NCBI GenBank assembly: GCA_963821285.1
Contig: CAWGDD010000007.1
Coordinates: 148,436-212,435 of the forward strand
Length of the DNA: 64,000 nt
Source of the DNA: an uncultured Acidobacteriota bacterium
GTDB lineage: Bacteria; Acidobacteriota; Vicinamibacteria; Vicinamibacterales; CAVVIG01
Reading direction: 5' to 3'
Shown piece after piece: positions 48,163-57,266 of the stretch. A program made the translations under genes and the position numbers. Every line of letters starts with the position of its first letter. Positions within the stretch are counted from its first letter, which is position 1. The notes under the pieces are model-generated. The model had not been told where the DNA came from. It ran no database searches and saw only the letters and a list, made by a program, of their open reading frames with translations.

Positions 48163-49009
48163 TCACCAGCTTGAACCGCCTCCGCCTCCGCCGCTTCCCC
48201 CTCCGCCGAAGCCGCCGAAGCCCCCGCCCCCGCCGCCGAAGCCCCCGAACCCGCCGCCGAAGCCCCCGCCGCCGCGGCGTCCGCCGCCGAAGGACCCCAC
48301 GCCGCTCGACCATCCGCTCCACGGACCCAGGGCCCAGAACGGAAAGCCTCCGCCCCCGCCGCCGCGGCCGATGCGGCTGATGATGAGGATGGCGATGAAG
48401 ATGAGAATCGGCAGGAGCGGCCAGATCGACCCGCCGCCTGGCTGAGCTGTCGCGCTCGCGGGCCACGCCTTCCAGCCGGACCTGCCGGCCGTCGGCAATC
48501 CGGTTGACGATGCGCGAGGTGCCCGCGACGAGGCCGAGGCCATACGAGCCGTTCCGGAATTGCGGCACCATGTACTGGCGGCTCGTTTCGCCGGCGAATC
48601 GATCCGTGATCCAGGGCTCGAGCCCGTACCCGACCTCTACCCAGACTTTCCGCTCCTTGATCGCGAGGAGAATCAGCAGCCCGTTGTCCTTCTCCTTATC
48701 GCCGATGCCCCGGCCGTGGTTCTCGAACATCTTCACGGCGTATTCGCGGATGTCGCCGTAGCCTTCGATGGTCGGGACGGTCGCGACGACGACGATGTCG
48801 CCGCTCGCGGCCTTCAGTGCGCGGCTGAGCTGATCGATCTGCGCGGCGCTTCTGGCGTCGATGACGTGCGCGAAGTCGTTCACGGGCGCGACGAGCTCCG
48901 GCGGCGCGTCGGTGGCATGGAGCGTCGCGTAGAGCAACGAGCAGAGGGCAAAGGGCACAGCGAAACGCACGGCGAGACGCGGCCCGCGGCGGCTCATCGC
49001 GTCTTCCAC
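48163..49009 (-). pseudogene. TPM-domain (YgcG-like) protein with TM and Gly-rich tail, disrupted as assembled by a +1 frameshift near 48445
   Basis: VNDFAHVIDARSAAQIDQLSRALKAASGDIVVVATVPT...LLILLAIKERKVWVEVGYGLE... | QPGGGSIWPLLPILIFIAILIISRIGRGGGGGGF...GGGGSGGGGGGSSW. The start may be Met at 48997. Confidence 0.8.
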
Positions 49010-49737
49010 CGATCCACGTACGCCGTGAGCCGCTCCACCGCGTCGAGATAGCCGGGGAAGATGCGCAGCGCTTCAGCCGACGGGATTTCCTGCACGCCCA
49101 CGAGCTTGACGACCTCTTCGACGCCGTTGGTGACGGTGAGCAGGCGCTCGACGTGGCGGGCGGCCGCGGTCCGATCGTGCGACGAGTGCCCGTCGAGGCG
49201 CGCCACGTTCTGCAGCAGCGACGCCCAGGCTGGCGCCGATCGCACGATCAGCACCGCGAGCGCATCGGCCCGTCCGCGTGTTTCCATGAAGGCCTGCCGC
49301 AGGTGCAGGAGATGGCCGCGCACCTGCACCTCGCAGGCCCGCCGCAGGTCGGCGGCCTCGACACTCAGGCCCTCGAACGGGTTCGTGCCCGAGACGACCA
49401 CGTGGTCGGCGAGGATGGCGCTCAACTCGAACGGGAAGACATCGAGCGACCGCGCGAACTCGTCCGACGCCAGCAGGAGCGGCGTGGCCAGGCCGAGGTC
49501 GTGCCACTTGGTCAGGCGCACCGCGCAGGTCCGCAGGTCGTCGGACGCGAGCGAATCGACGACGACCAGCGTGTGCACGAGCGGGGCGTGGTCTCCGTGG
49601 CCATGGCCGTCGCCGGCGTGGCGGCGTTCGGCTTCGCGCGCATGGATTCCGTAAACGACGACCGACCGGACGCGGGCGCCGAACACCTCGCGCAGGTCGC
49701 CATCGAGTGTCCGCACGGCCGCTGGGATCTCGGGCAT
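48994..49737 (-). CDS. Hypothetical protein, possibly a degenerate nucleotidyltransferase-fold protein
   Basis: 247 aa; ...SVVVYG...VVVDSL...SLDVFPFELSAILADHVVVSG. First gene of the TPM/LemA string. Weak assignment. Confidence 0.3.
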   Translation of the reverse strand: MPEIPAAVRTLDGDLREVFGARVRSVVVYGIHAREAERRHAGDGHGHGDHAPLVHTLVVVDSLASDDLRTCAVRLTKWHDLGLATPLLLASDEFARSLDVFPFELSAILADHVVVSGTNPFEGLSVEAADLRRACEVQVRGHLLHLRQAFMETRGRADALAVLIVRSAPAWASLLQNVARLDGHSSHDRTAAARHVERLLTVTNGVEEVVKLVGVQEIPSAEALRIFPGYLDAVERLTAYVDRWKTR

Positions 49738-49755
49738 ATGAGTATTATGTAGCGC

Positions 49756-50727
49756 ATGCGTCTTCGCGAGTTGAACGTCGGGTGCTTTGGCGGCGGTACC
49801 GGGATGCCGAGCGTGCTCGGCGGGCTCAAGAACAATCCCTGGTTGAAGGTCAACGCCGTGGTGACGATGTTCGACAGCGGCGGGAGTTCCGGGCAGCTGC
49901 GAGACGAACTCGGCGTCCTGCCGCCGGGCGACATCCTGAAATGCGCGCTCGCGCTGTCACGGAACGCGCGCGAGGCGCGGCGCGTGCTGCTGGCCCGGCT
50001 CCCCATGCTCGAGCACGCGAAGCTCGGCGGCCACACGGGCGGCAACCTCCTGCTCTCGATGATGCAGCAGTACAGCGGCGACTTCCTCGATGCCGTGGAC
50101 GGCTTGAGCGCGCTGCTGGGCTGCCGGGGGCACGTCTGGCCGGTCACGGTCGAACAGGCGTCGGTGTGCGCCGAGTACGGCGACGGCTCGGTCACCCGCG
50201 GCGAGGTGGAAGTGGACGCGGGGCAGTCCTCCGGCCGCCTGGTCCGGCGCATCTGGCTCGAGCCGCCGGTGTCGATTCACCCGGCGGTCACCGCCGCCAT
50301 CAGCACGCTCGACGCCGTCGTCATCGGGCCCGGCAGCTTCTACACGAGCCTGATGCCGATCTTCCTGGTCCGCGGCGTGGCCGAGGCGCTGGCCGGCATG
50401 CGCGGGCCGATCATCTTCATCGCGAACCTGCTGACGGAAGGCCGCGGCATGGCCGGCTTCACGGCGGCGGAGGCCGTCGCCCGTATCGAAGACGCGACGC
50501 GCCGTCACGTGGACGTCGTCATCACCAACACAGTGTGGCCGGCCGCCGCCGTGCTCGAGCGGTACGCGCAGGAGCACAAGCAGCCGCTTCTGGCCGGTGA
50601 CGTGCCCGCCCACTGTGAGGTGGTCGGCGGCGAGTTCTGGACCGGGGAGATCGCCCGCCACGATCGTCTGCGGCTCGCCTACGCGCTCTGGAGCATTCTG
50701 TCGCGGCGCCTGCTCAGCGACAGCTAG
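49756..50727 (+). CDS. YvcK/CofD-family (UPF0052) protein
   Basis: VGCFGGGTGMPSVLGGLK...VVTMFDSGGSSGQLRDELGVLPPGD...VVIGPGSFYTSLMP. Confidence 0.8.
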   Translation: MRLRELNVGCFGGGTGMPSVLGGLKNNPWLKVNAVVTMFDSGGSSGQLRDELGVLPPGDILKCALALSRNAREARRVLLARLPMLEHAKLGGHTGGNLLLSMMQQYSGDFLDAVDGLSALLGCRGHVWPVTVEQASVCAEYGDGSVTRGEVEVDAGQSSGRLVRRIWLEPPVSIHPAVTAAISTLDAVVIGPGSFYTSLMPIFLVRGVAEALAGMRGPIIFIANLLTEGRGMAGFTAAEAVARIEDATRRHVDVVITNTVWPAAAVLERYAQEHKQPLLAGDVPAHCEVVGGEFWTGEIARHDRLRLAYALWSILSRRLLSDS

Positions 50728-50732
50728 TGATC

Positions 50733-50832
50733 ACGACGTGGAACGCAGAGGCCGCAGAGCTCGCGGAGAATCTTCAATCTCTTGTACAGAAAACATCTCT
50801 GCGGGCTCCGCGTTCTCTGCGTTCCACGTCGT
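50733..50832. terminator. 100-nt hairpin with an 18-bp perfect outer stem between convergent genes
   Basis: acgacgtggaacgcagag (50733-50750) pairs with ctctgcgttccacgtcgt (50815-50832). Further inner pairing (gccgcagag/ctctgcgggc) and an AT-richer loop. Confidence 0.55.
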
Positions 50833-50834
50833 TG

Positions 50835-51656
50835 TCAGGCCCCCATCGCGGCGGCCAGCGCGTTGAAGTCCTGCGCCACGACGTCGAAGACTGGATCGGC
50901 GGTGAAGTTCCTCTCGCCGTTGGGCCCTTCCTGAGGACGTGGAACGAACGCCGTCCTGAACCCGACGCCGCGCGCGGCGCGCAGGTCGTTCTGGTGCGCC
51001 GCGACCATCATGAGCTCCGAGGGCTTGAGGCTCAGGAGGTCAGCCGCCGTGAGGTAGACCTCCTTATCGGGCTTGTAGTGCCGCGCGAGCTCGGCGCCGA
51101 GGATCAGGTCCCAGGGCAGCCCGGCGTGTTTGGCCATGTCGGTCATCAGCGACACGTTGCCGTTCGAGAGCGGCGCGATGATGAACTTCTTCTTCAGGCG
51201 CGTGAGGCCGCTCACGGCGTCAGGCCACGGCTTCAGGCGGTGCCAGACGCGGTTCAGGTTGTCGATCTCGGCCTCGCTCAAGCCCTTCACGTTGAAATCG
51301 GCGAGCACTTTGTCGAGCATCATGCGGTGGAGGGCGTCGAGCTTGGTCCAGGGCAGCTCACCCTTGCGGACGCGGTCCATCGCGGGCGCGTAGGCGCCGC
51401 GCCACGCGTCGGCGAACTTTGCCCAGTCGACGGTGAGGCCCTTGGCTTTACCGAGCGCTTCGCCTTCGCTGATGATCGTGCTGCGATAGTCGACCACTGT
51501 GCCGAACGTGTCGAACACGAGCGCCTTCACAGCGCCCAGATCGCGTGCCGTCCGGCTGGCCGTCTGCCCGGCCGCGCCGAGCGGCACCGCCGACAAGGTG
51601 CCTCCGACGATCGCGATGGAACCCGCCTGAAGAAATTCGCGGCGCGTGGCGCTCAT
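50835..51656 (-). CDS. Haloacid dehalogenase type II-like HAD hydrolase with Tat signal peptide
   Basis: MSATRREFLQAGSIAIVGG (twin-arginine signal); LVFDTFGTVVD (DxxGT nucleophile motif); later HAD motifs. Confidence 0.7.
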   Translation of the reverse strand: MSATRREFLQAGSIAIVGGTLSAVPLGAAGQTASRTARDLGAVKALVFDTFGTVVDYRSTIISEGEALGKAKGLTVDWAKFADAWRGAYAPAMDRVRKGELPWTKLDALHRMMLDKVLADFNVKGLSEAEIDNLNRVWHRLKPWPDAVSGLTRLKKKFIIAPLSNGNVSLMTDMAKHAGLPWDLILGAELARHYKPDKEVYLTAADLLSLKPSELMMVAAHQNDLRAARGVGFRTAFVPRPQEGPNGERNFTADPVFDVVAQDFNALAAAMGA

Positions 51657-51666
51657 GCGTGCACTC

Positions 51667-52362
51667 CTATCGCTTGTGCCGTTTCGCTTTGATGGCGGCG
51701 GCCCGTTCGATGACGCCGGCCAGCATGGCGGCCGCTTCGCCGCCCTTGGTCGGCCCCTTGGAGATCCAGATGGCCGGTGTGTCCTCGGCGAGGATATCCT
51801 CGAAGTCGCCGTCGCTCTTCACGCTTTTGGGCGCGAACTCGGTGATGTCGAGATCGCCGGACCACTCGTCGCGGTGCTTGATGAGCAGCCAGCTCCTGCT
51901 GCTGCCCCCCGGCCCGGTCTTCGCGCCGGGCCAGCCCTTGGTCCGGACCAGCACCCACGATCCCTTGAGCTTGTAGCCGTTAAGCGTGAACTTCAGATCA
52001 CCCTTTGCGAGCGCGGCCTCGACGTCGTCGGATTCGGGCGTCCAGGTCCCGCGATCCCAGAGCATCACGATCCCGGCGCCGTATCCCTCGGGGATGACGC
52101 CCTCGAACTCGCCGTACTCGATCGGGTGATCTTCGACGTGCATGGCCAGCCGTTTGGTTTTCGGGTCGAGCGACGGTCCCTTCGGCACGGCCCACGAGAG
52201 CAGGACGCCGTTCAGTTCCAGCCGGAGGTCGTAATGCAGGTGACTGGCCAGGTGCTTCTGCACGCAGAAGAAGAGGGCCTTGCCTTTCTTCTTCGCGACC
52301 TTGCCTTCCGGTTCCGGCGACTTCTTGAAGTCGCGTTTTCGCCGGTATTCCTCTAGGGCCAT
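51667..52362 (-). CDS. Stand-alone DNA ligase D 3'-phosphoesterase (LigD-PE) domain protein
   Basis: FCVQKHLASHLHYDLRLELNGVLLSWAVPKGPSLDPKTKRLAMHVEDHPIEYGEFEGVIPEGYGAG. Confidence 0.8.
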   Translation of the reverse strand: MALEEYRRKRDFKKSPEPEGKVAKKKGKALFFCVQKHLASHLHYDLRLELNGVLLSWAVPKGPSLDPKTKRLAMHVEDHPIEYGEFEGVIPEGYGAGIVMLWDRGTWTPESDDVEAALAKGDLKFTLNGYKLKGSWVLVRTKGWPGAKTGPGGSSRSWLLIKHRDEWSGDLDITEFAPKSVKSDGDFEDILAEDTPAIWISKGPTKGGEAAAMLAGVIERAAAIKAKRHKR

Positions 52363-52380
52363 GGGCGGATCTTAAAATCT

Positions 52381-52456
52381 GGTCATTGGTCATCGGTCAT
52401 TCTGTCATCTCCCTTGGCAATTGCACAACGAGACAGATGCAAATGACAGGACCAAT
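52381..52456. repeat. Heptamer array ggtcatt ggtcatc ggtcatt ctgtcat facing a complementary arm (hairpin), downstream of the POT transporter gene
   Basis: Left arm 52381-52411, right arm gagacagatgcaaatgacaggaccaat 52430-52456. Shares GGTCATT(T)CTGTCATC with 36098-36114. Confidence 0.75.
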
Positions 52457-52460
52457 TCGC

Positions 52461-53715
52461 TCACCCCTCTGCGCGCGCGATCGTTCTCTTGATCTGAGGG
52501 GTGAGGAGCGAGAGCGGCACGGCGACGGCGATCAGGATCGCGACGACCATGAAGAAGAACCGGCTGTGCGGCATGGCGTCCCAGATAGCGGCCGACGTAG
52601 CCCGACAGATAGCCGCCGAGGCCGAGGCTGGCGAACCAGCCGCCCATCATCAGGCCGCGGAGTTGCGGCGGCGACAGGCTGTTGACGAGCGACATGCCCA
52701 TCGGGCTGAGGGCGATTTCGCCGACGGCGATGAGCAGGTTCGCCGAGATCAGCCACAGCGGCGACACGCGGCCCGCGTCGCCGCCGAGGGTCCCGGCGGA
52801 GCCGAGCAGGCTGAACGCGGCGCCGACGAAGAAAACGCCGATCAGCATTTTCACCGGCGTGGACGGCTCGGATCCGCGCTTCTGCAGCCACGCCCAGAGG
52901 GCCACGAGCACCGGGGACAGCAGAATGACGCCGAGCGGTTCGAACGGCTGGAACGTTTCAGGCGCCCACGACGTCGCGGTGTTGTCACGGGCCCAGAAGG
53001 TGAACGTATAGAAGATCTGGTAGAACGCGATCCAGAACACCAGCGAGATCCCGAAGATCGCCATCAGCGTGACGACGCGCGAGCGGACTTCATCCGGCGG
53101 AAGCGCCCTGGAGTCCGCGGACCCTTTGTCGGCCTTGACCCCCGCCTCCGCCACGTGGTGCTTGAACGCCACGAACGTAATGAGCGAGAAGATCATCGCG
53201 ACGGCTGCGGACATGAACGCGACGCTCCAGCCGTAGTGCGCGCGCAGCCAGGCCACCGACAGCGGCGACACGAACGCGCCGATATTCACGCCCATGTAGT
53301 AGATGTTGAAACCCTGGTCGCGCAGCTCCGGACGGTCGCGGTAGAGGTTGCCGACGAGCGTCGACACGTTGGGCTTGAGCAGCCCGCTTCCGCACGCCAG
53401 CAGCACGAGGCCGGAGTAGAAAAACGGCAGCGCCTCGACGCCCAGCACGAGATGGCCGAGCATCATCAGCACCCCGCCCACGATGATCGCCCGGCTGAAA
53501 CCGAGCAGTCGATCGGCCAGCAGGCCGCCGACGACCGGGAGGATGTAGACGCCCGCGGTGTACAAACCGTAGACGCGCCCGACACGCGCGATGTCGAAAT
53601 GCAGCGATTCGTTCATGTAGAGCGACAGAATCGCCATCATCGAATAGAAGCTGTAGCGCTCCCACAGCTCCGTGAAGAACAGGACGTAGAGTCCGGGTGG
53701 ATGCTTTGTCGCCAT
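52461..53715 (-). pseudogene. Proton-dependent oligopeptide transporter (POT/PTR2, DtpT-like), disrupted as assembled by a +1 frameshift near 52589
   Basis: MATKHPPGLYVLFFTELWERYSFYSMMAIL...GGLLADRLLG...; tail ...GGYLSGYVG | AIWDAMPHSRFFFMVVAILIAVAVPLSLLTPQIKRTIARAEG*. The upstream 1.5 kb of track ORF 52405..55236 is antisense to the radical-SAM gene. Confidence 0.8.
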
Positions 53716-53787
53716 GGTTTCTGTCGCGTCCGGCCTGAGCCGGACGGAGCATAGCAGACACTGTGACAGAATGTTCCGGAGACCCGC

Positions 53788-55161
53788 ATGCGTGCGCTGC
53801 TCATTTCCACGTACGAGTTGGGGCGTCAGCCGTACGGCCTGGCGTCGCCGGCCGCCTGGCTGCGCCGCGCGGGCTGGGACGTCGTCTGCGCCGACGTGAC
53901 CAGGGAACGGCTGCAGCGAGCCAGCATCGAAGGCGCCGATCTGGTCGGCTTTCACCTGCCGATGCATACCGCGACCCGCCTGGCCGGCCCGGTCATCCGC
54001 ACAGTCAGGCAGATCAACCCGTCCGCTCGTATCTGTGCGTACGGGTTGTACGCACCGCTCAACGGCGGCTGGCTCCGGTCGATTGGCGTCGATGCGGTGT
54101 TTGGCGGCGAGTTCGAGGAAGAGCTGACGACGTACGCCACGCGAGCAGACGACGGCAGCCCGGCCGCGCAGAGCGCCTCGCTCCCGCGCATTCACTACCT
54201 CGTGCCCGATCGCCGGGGGCTTCCGCCGCCGGCGTCGTATGCGGTGCTTCACATGGGCGATGGGCGGCAGAAGGTCGTCGGATCGACGGATGCGAGCCGG
54301 GGGTGCAAGCACCTCTGCCGGCACTGTCCCGTCGTGCCGATCTACCACGGCCAGTTTCGCATCGTGCCGCCCGAGGTCGTCCTGGCCGACGTGACCGCCC
54401 AGGTCCAGGCCGGGGCCGAACACATCACCTTCGGCGATCCCGATTTCTTCAACGGTCCGACGCACGCGATGCGGGTGGTGGACGCGCTGCACGCAGCGCA
54501 TCCGGACGTCACTTACGACGTCACCATCAAGGTCGAGCACCTGCTGCGCCACCGCGACCTGCTCCCCAGGCTGTCCGCGAGCGGCTGCGCCTTCGTCACG
54601 AGCGCGGTTGAATCCATTGACGACGGGGTGCTGCGGATGCTGGAGAAGGGCCACACGCGTCAGGATTTCGTGGACGCGGTCGCCGTGTGCCGCGAGGCGG
54701 GCCTGACCTTCGTGCCCACGTTCGTCGCGTTCCACCCGTGGCTCACGCTCGGCGGCTACTGCGATCTGCTCGATCTCATCGATCGTCTCGACCTCATCGA
54801 CCATGTGGCGCCCATCCAGCTGGCGATTCGCCTGCTCATCCCCGAAGGGTCCCGGCTGCTCGAGCTGGACGACGTGCAGGCGCGTATCGGGCCGTTCGAC
54901 GCGGAGACGCTCGCGTATCCCTGGGTGCATCCGGATCCTCGGGTGGACGATCTCCACCGCGAGATCGGCCGGCTGGTCGGCGTGAGGGTTGCCGCCGATC
55001 GGCGGGCGATGTTCGACGAGATCGGGGCCATCGCGTACGAGCGGGCCGGCAGACCCTCCAGGCACGTGGGGCCGCGGCGCGAGCGGAGAGCCGTGCCGCA
55101 GCTGAGCGAGCCGTGGTACTGCTGCGCCGAACCCGACCCCGATCACCTGAGCCTCGTGTGA
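53788..55161 (+). CDS. B12-binding-like domain/radical SAM protein with C-terminal CCAEP tail
   Basis: CKHLCRHC (CxxxCxxC) cluster motif. N-terminal Rossmann-like domain. The tail SEPWYCCAEPDPDHLSLV matches what I recall as the CUAEP/CCAEP-tail radical SAM family name. Confidence 0.75.
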   Translation: MRALLISTYELGRQPYGLASPAAWLRRAGWDVVCADVTRERLQRASIEGADLVGFHLPMHTATRLAGPVIRTVRQINPSARICAYGLYAPLNGGWLRSIGVDAVFGGEFEEELTTYATRADDGSPAAQSASLPRIHYLVPDRRGLPPPASYAVLHMGDGRQKVVGSTDASRGCKHLCRHCPVVPIYHGQFRIVPPEVVLADVTAQVQAGAEHITFGDPDFFNGPTHAMRVVDALHAAHPDVTYDVTIKVEHLLRHRDLLPRLSASGCAFVTSAVESIDDGVLRMLEKGHTRQDFVDAVAVCREAGLTFVPTFVAFHPWLTLGGYCDLLDLIDRLDLIDHVAPIQLAIRLLIPEGSRLLELDDVQARIGPFDAETLAYPWVHPDPRVDDLHREIGRLVGVRVAADRRAMFDEIGAIAYERAGRPSRHVGPRRERRAVPQLSEPWYCCAEPDPDHLSLV

Positions 55162-56456
55162 TGGGCGCGCGCCGCGTTCTTCTCTTCGCGACCACCACCG
55201 GCTACCAGACCCGCAGTTTCGGCGACGCCGCCGCACGGATTGGCGCCGATCTCGTCTTCGCGACCGACCGCTGCGACATGCTCGAGGACCCGTGGCAGGA
55301 CGCGGCCATCCCGGTGCGGTTCCACGAAGAAGACCGATCCGTTGCCGTCATCCTCGAGCGGGCTCGCACCCATCCTGTCGACGGCATCCTGGTTGTCGGC
55401 GACCGCCCGACGACGATCGCCGCCCTGGTCGGCGAGGCGCTCGGACTGCCCGGGCACCAGCCCATGGCCACGGCTGTCGCGCGCAACAAGCTGCTGACCC
55501 GCGAACGGCTGCGCGACAGCGATCTGCACGTGCCGTGGTTCTTCCCGACCGATGCGGCCGCCGACCCGGAGCAGCTCGCCCCCGGCCTGACATACCCGTG
55601 CGTCGTCAAACCGCTGTCGCTGTCGGCAAGCCGCGGCGTCATGCGTGCGGACGACGAGGCGTCGTTTGTCGAGGCGTTCCAGCGCCTGCGGAAACTCCTC
55701 GCCTCGCCCGACGTTCGCGCCGAGCGCGACGAGGCGCATGACGGCATCCTCATCGAGGGCTTCATCGAGGGATGGGAGTTCGCCCTCGAGGGGCTTCTGC
55801 ATCACGGTTCGCTGTACGAGCTGGCGCTCTTCGACAAGCCCGATCCGCTCGACGGTCCGTTCTTCGAGGAGACGATCTACGTGACGCCGTCGCTCGCGCC
55901 CGAGCCGATGCAGCGCGACATCGTCGACGCGATCGCCCGCGCCGCGGCCGCCATCGGCCTGACGCACGGCCCGATTCATGCCGAGTGCCGCGTCAACGAC
56001 CACGGCGTTTACGTGCTCGAAGTGGCGGCCAGGCCCATCGGCGGGCTGTGCGCCGGCGCGCTGCGGTTCGAGAAGCACGAGGCGCGCGGGAAGCCCGGCT
56101 CGATCTCCCTCGAGGAGCTTCTGCTGCGCCACGCGCTCGGCGAATCGCCCGAGGACTGGCGGCGCGAGGCGGCGGCGTCGGGCGTCATGATGATTCCCAT
56201 TCCGCAGCCGGGCATCTATCGCGGCGTCGAGGGCGTCGAGGCTGCCAGGGCCGTGCGGGGCATCGACGACGTGCGGATCACGGCCAAACCCGACCAGAAG
56301 CTCGTGCCGCTGCCGGAGGGCGCCAGCTACCTCGGGTTTATCTTCGCCCGGGGCGTCACGTCGGCGGATGCCGAACAATCCCTGCGGGACGCCCATGCGT
56401 GTCTGGGCTTCGCCATCGATCCCGAGGTCCCGATGGTAAGATCACCAAATGGCTGA
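55161..56456 (+). CDS. ATP-grasp domain protein
   Basis: TGATG overlap with the radical-SAM gene. YPCVVKPLSLSASRGVMRADD...GILIEGFIEGWEFALEG...GPIHAECRVNDHGVYVLEVAARPIGG. Confidence 0.75.
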   Translation: MGARRVLLFATTTGYQTRSFGDAAARIGADLVFATDRCDMLEDPWQDAAIPVRFHEEDRSVAVILERARTHPVDGILVVGDRPTTIAALVGEALGLPGHQPMATAVARNKLLTRERLRDSDLHVPWFFPTDAAADPEQLAPGLTYPCVVKPLSLSASRGVMRADDEASFVEAFQRLRKLLASPDVRAERDEAHDGILIEGFIEGWEFALEGLLHHGSLYELALFDKPDPLDGPFFEETIYVTPSLAPEPMQRDIVDAIARAAAAIGLTHGPIHAECRVNDHGVYVLEVAARPIGGLCAGALRFEKHEARGKPGSISLEELLLRHALGESPEDWRREAAASGVMMIPIPQPGIYRGVEGVEAARAVRGIDDVRITAKPDQKLVPLPEGASYLGFIFARGVTSADAEQSLRDAHACLGFAIDPEVPMVRSPNG

Positions 56457-56775
56457 TGCCTGCGAACCCACTCCGCCCAAGCCGCCCGCCGGCAACACGA
56501 GCGGACGCAAAGTGAAATGCGCGAAGCTCCAGCGGGAGTTGCCGGCGCTCGACTCGCCGCCGTGGCCGGGCGAACTCGGCCAGCGCGTCTACGAGAACAT
56601 CTCCGCCGAAGCCTGGAAGATGTGGGAAGAGCGGATGAAGATGATCCTCAACGAGTACCGCCTGATGCCGTGGCAGAAAGAGGCGCAGGACCTCGTCGCG
56701 AAGCACATGGAGGAATTCTTCTTCGGCGAAGGTTCGGCCCTCCCGCCTGAATACGTCCCCCAGCAGGCGAAGTAG
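56449..56775 (+). CDS. yggX: YggX-like Fe(2+)-trafficking / oxidative-damage protection protein with a ~20-aa N-terminal extension
   Basis: 8-nt overlap with the ATP-grasp gene. VKCAKLQRELPALDSPPWPGELGQRVYENISAEAWKMWEERMKMILNEYRL. Confidence 0.7.
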   Translation: MADACEPTPPKPPAGNTSGRKVKCAKLQRELPALDSPPWPGELGQRVYENISAEAWKMWEERMKMILNEYRLMPWQKEAQDLVAKHMEEFFFGEGSALPPEYVPQQAK

Positions 56776-56820
56776 GGCCGGCCTTCAGGCCCGCGTCGTT
56801 GGACGGTCGCAATGGCCGGA

Positions 56821-57261
56821 TCACCGTCCGACGATGTAGCCCTGCAGAAACTGGATGGTTTCTCCTTGCGTCGAAATGATCCGGCGCACCAGGTCGCCGA
56901 TCGAGACGACGCCCACGACCGTCTCGCCCTGAACGACTGGAAGATGGCGAATGCGCCTGGTGGTGACGATTCTCATGCAGTCCTCCACGGTGTCGTTCGG
57001 CCCAACGAACACCACCGGGTTCGACATGATGTCGCGCACGGGCGTGTCTTTCGATGACTTGCCGAGCAGAACGACTTTGCGGGCATAGTCGCGCTCGGAC
57101 ATCATGCCGACCAGGGCCCCGCCCTCCATCACGAGCAGGGCGCCAATGCCCCTCTCGGCCATCAGCCGGATGGCCTGCAACACCGAGTCGTCAGGGCTCA
57201 CCGACCAGACGTCGTGGCCCTTGTCGCGCAGAATCGAGCGGACCGTATCGGCCATCGGCAT
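56821..57261 (-). CDS. CBS-pair domain protein
   Basis: TVRSILRDKGHDVWSVSPDDSVLQAIRLMAERGIGALLVMEGGALVGMMSERD...RHLPVVQGETVVGVVSIGDL. Confidence 0.8.
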   Translation of the reverse strand: MPMADTVRSILRDKGHDVWSVSPDDSVLQAIRLMAERGIGALLVMEGGALVGMMSERDYARKVVLLGKSSKDTPVRDIMSNPVVFVGPNDTVEDCMRIVTTRRIRHLPVVQGETVVGVVSIGDLVRRIISTQGETIQFLQGYIVGR

Positions 57262-57266
57262 TCACC

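Noticed and set aside
48170-48330. Periodic G/C-rich DNA (gccgcc/gaagcc repeats) as a non-coding repeat element.
   Set aside because: On the minus strand it encodes the Gly/Phe-rich C-terminal tail (GGGFGGGFGGFGGGGGG...SSW) typical of YgcG/TPM proteins.
55100-55161. A selenocysteine codon in the CCAEP tail of the radical-SAM protein.
   Set aside because: The tail is encoded as tgc tgc (Cys-Cys). There is no in-frame TGA before the terminal stop, so this is the Cys form.
53716-55236. The upstream 500 codons of the 943-aa track ORF 52405..55236 (-).
   Set aside because: Only the part downstream of Met at 53715 is POT-transporter-like. The rest is antisense to the radical-SAM gene and has shadow-ORF composition.
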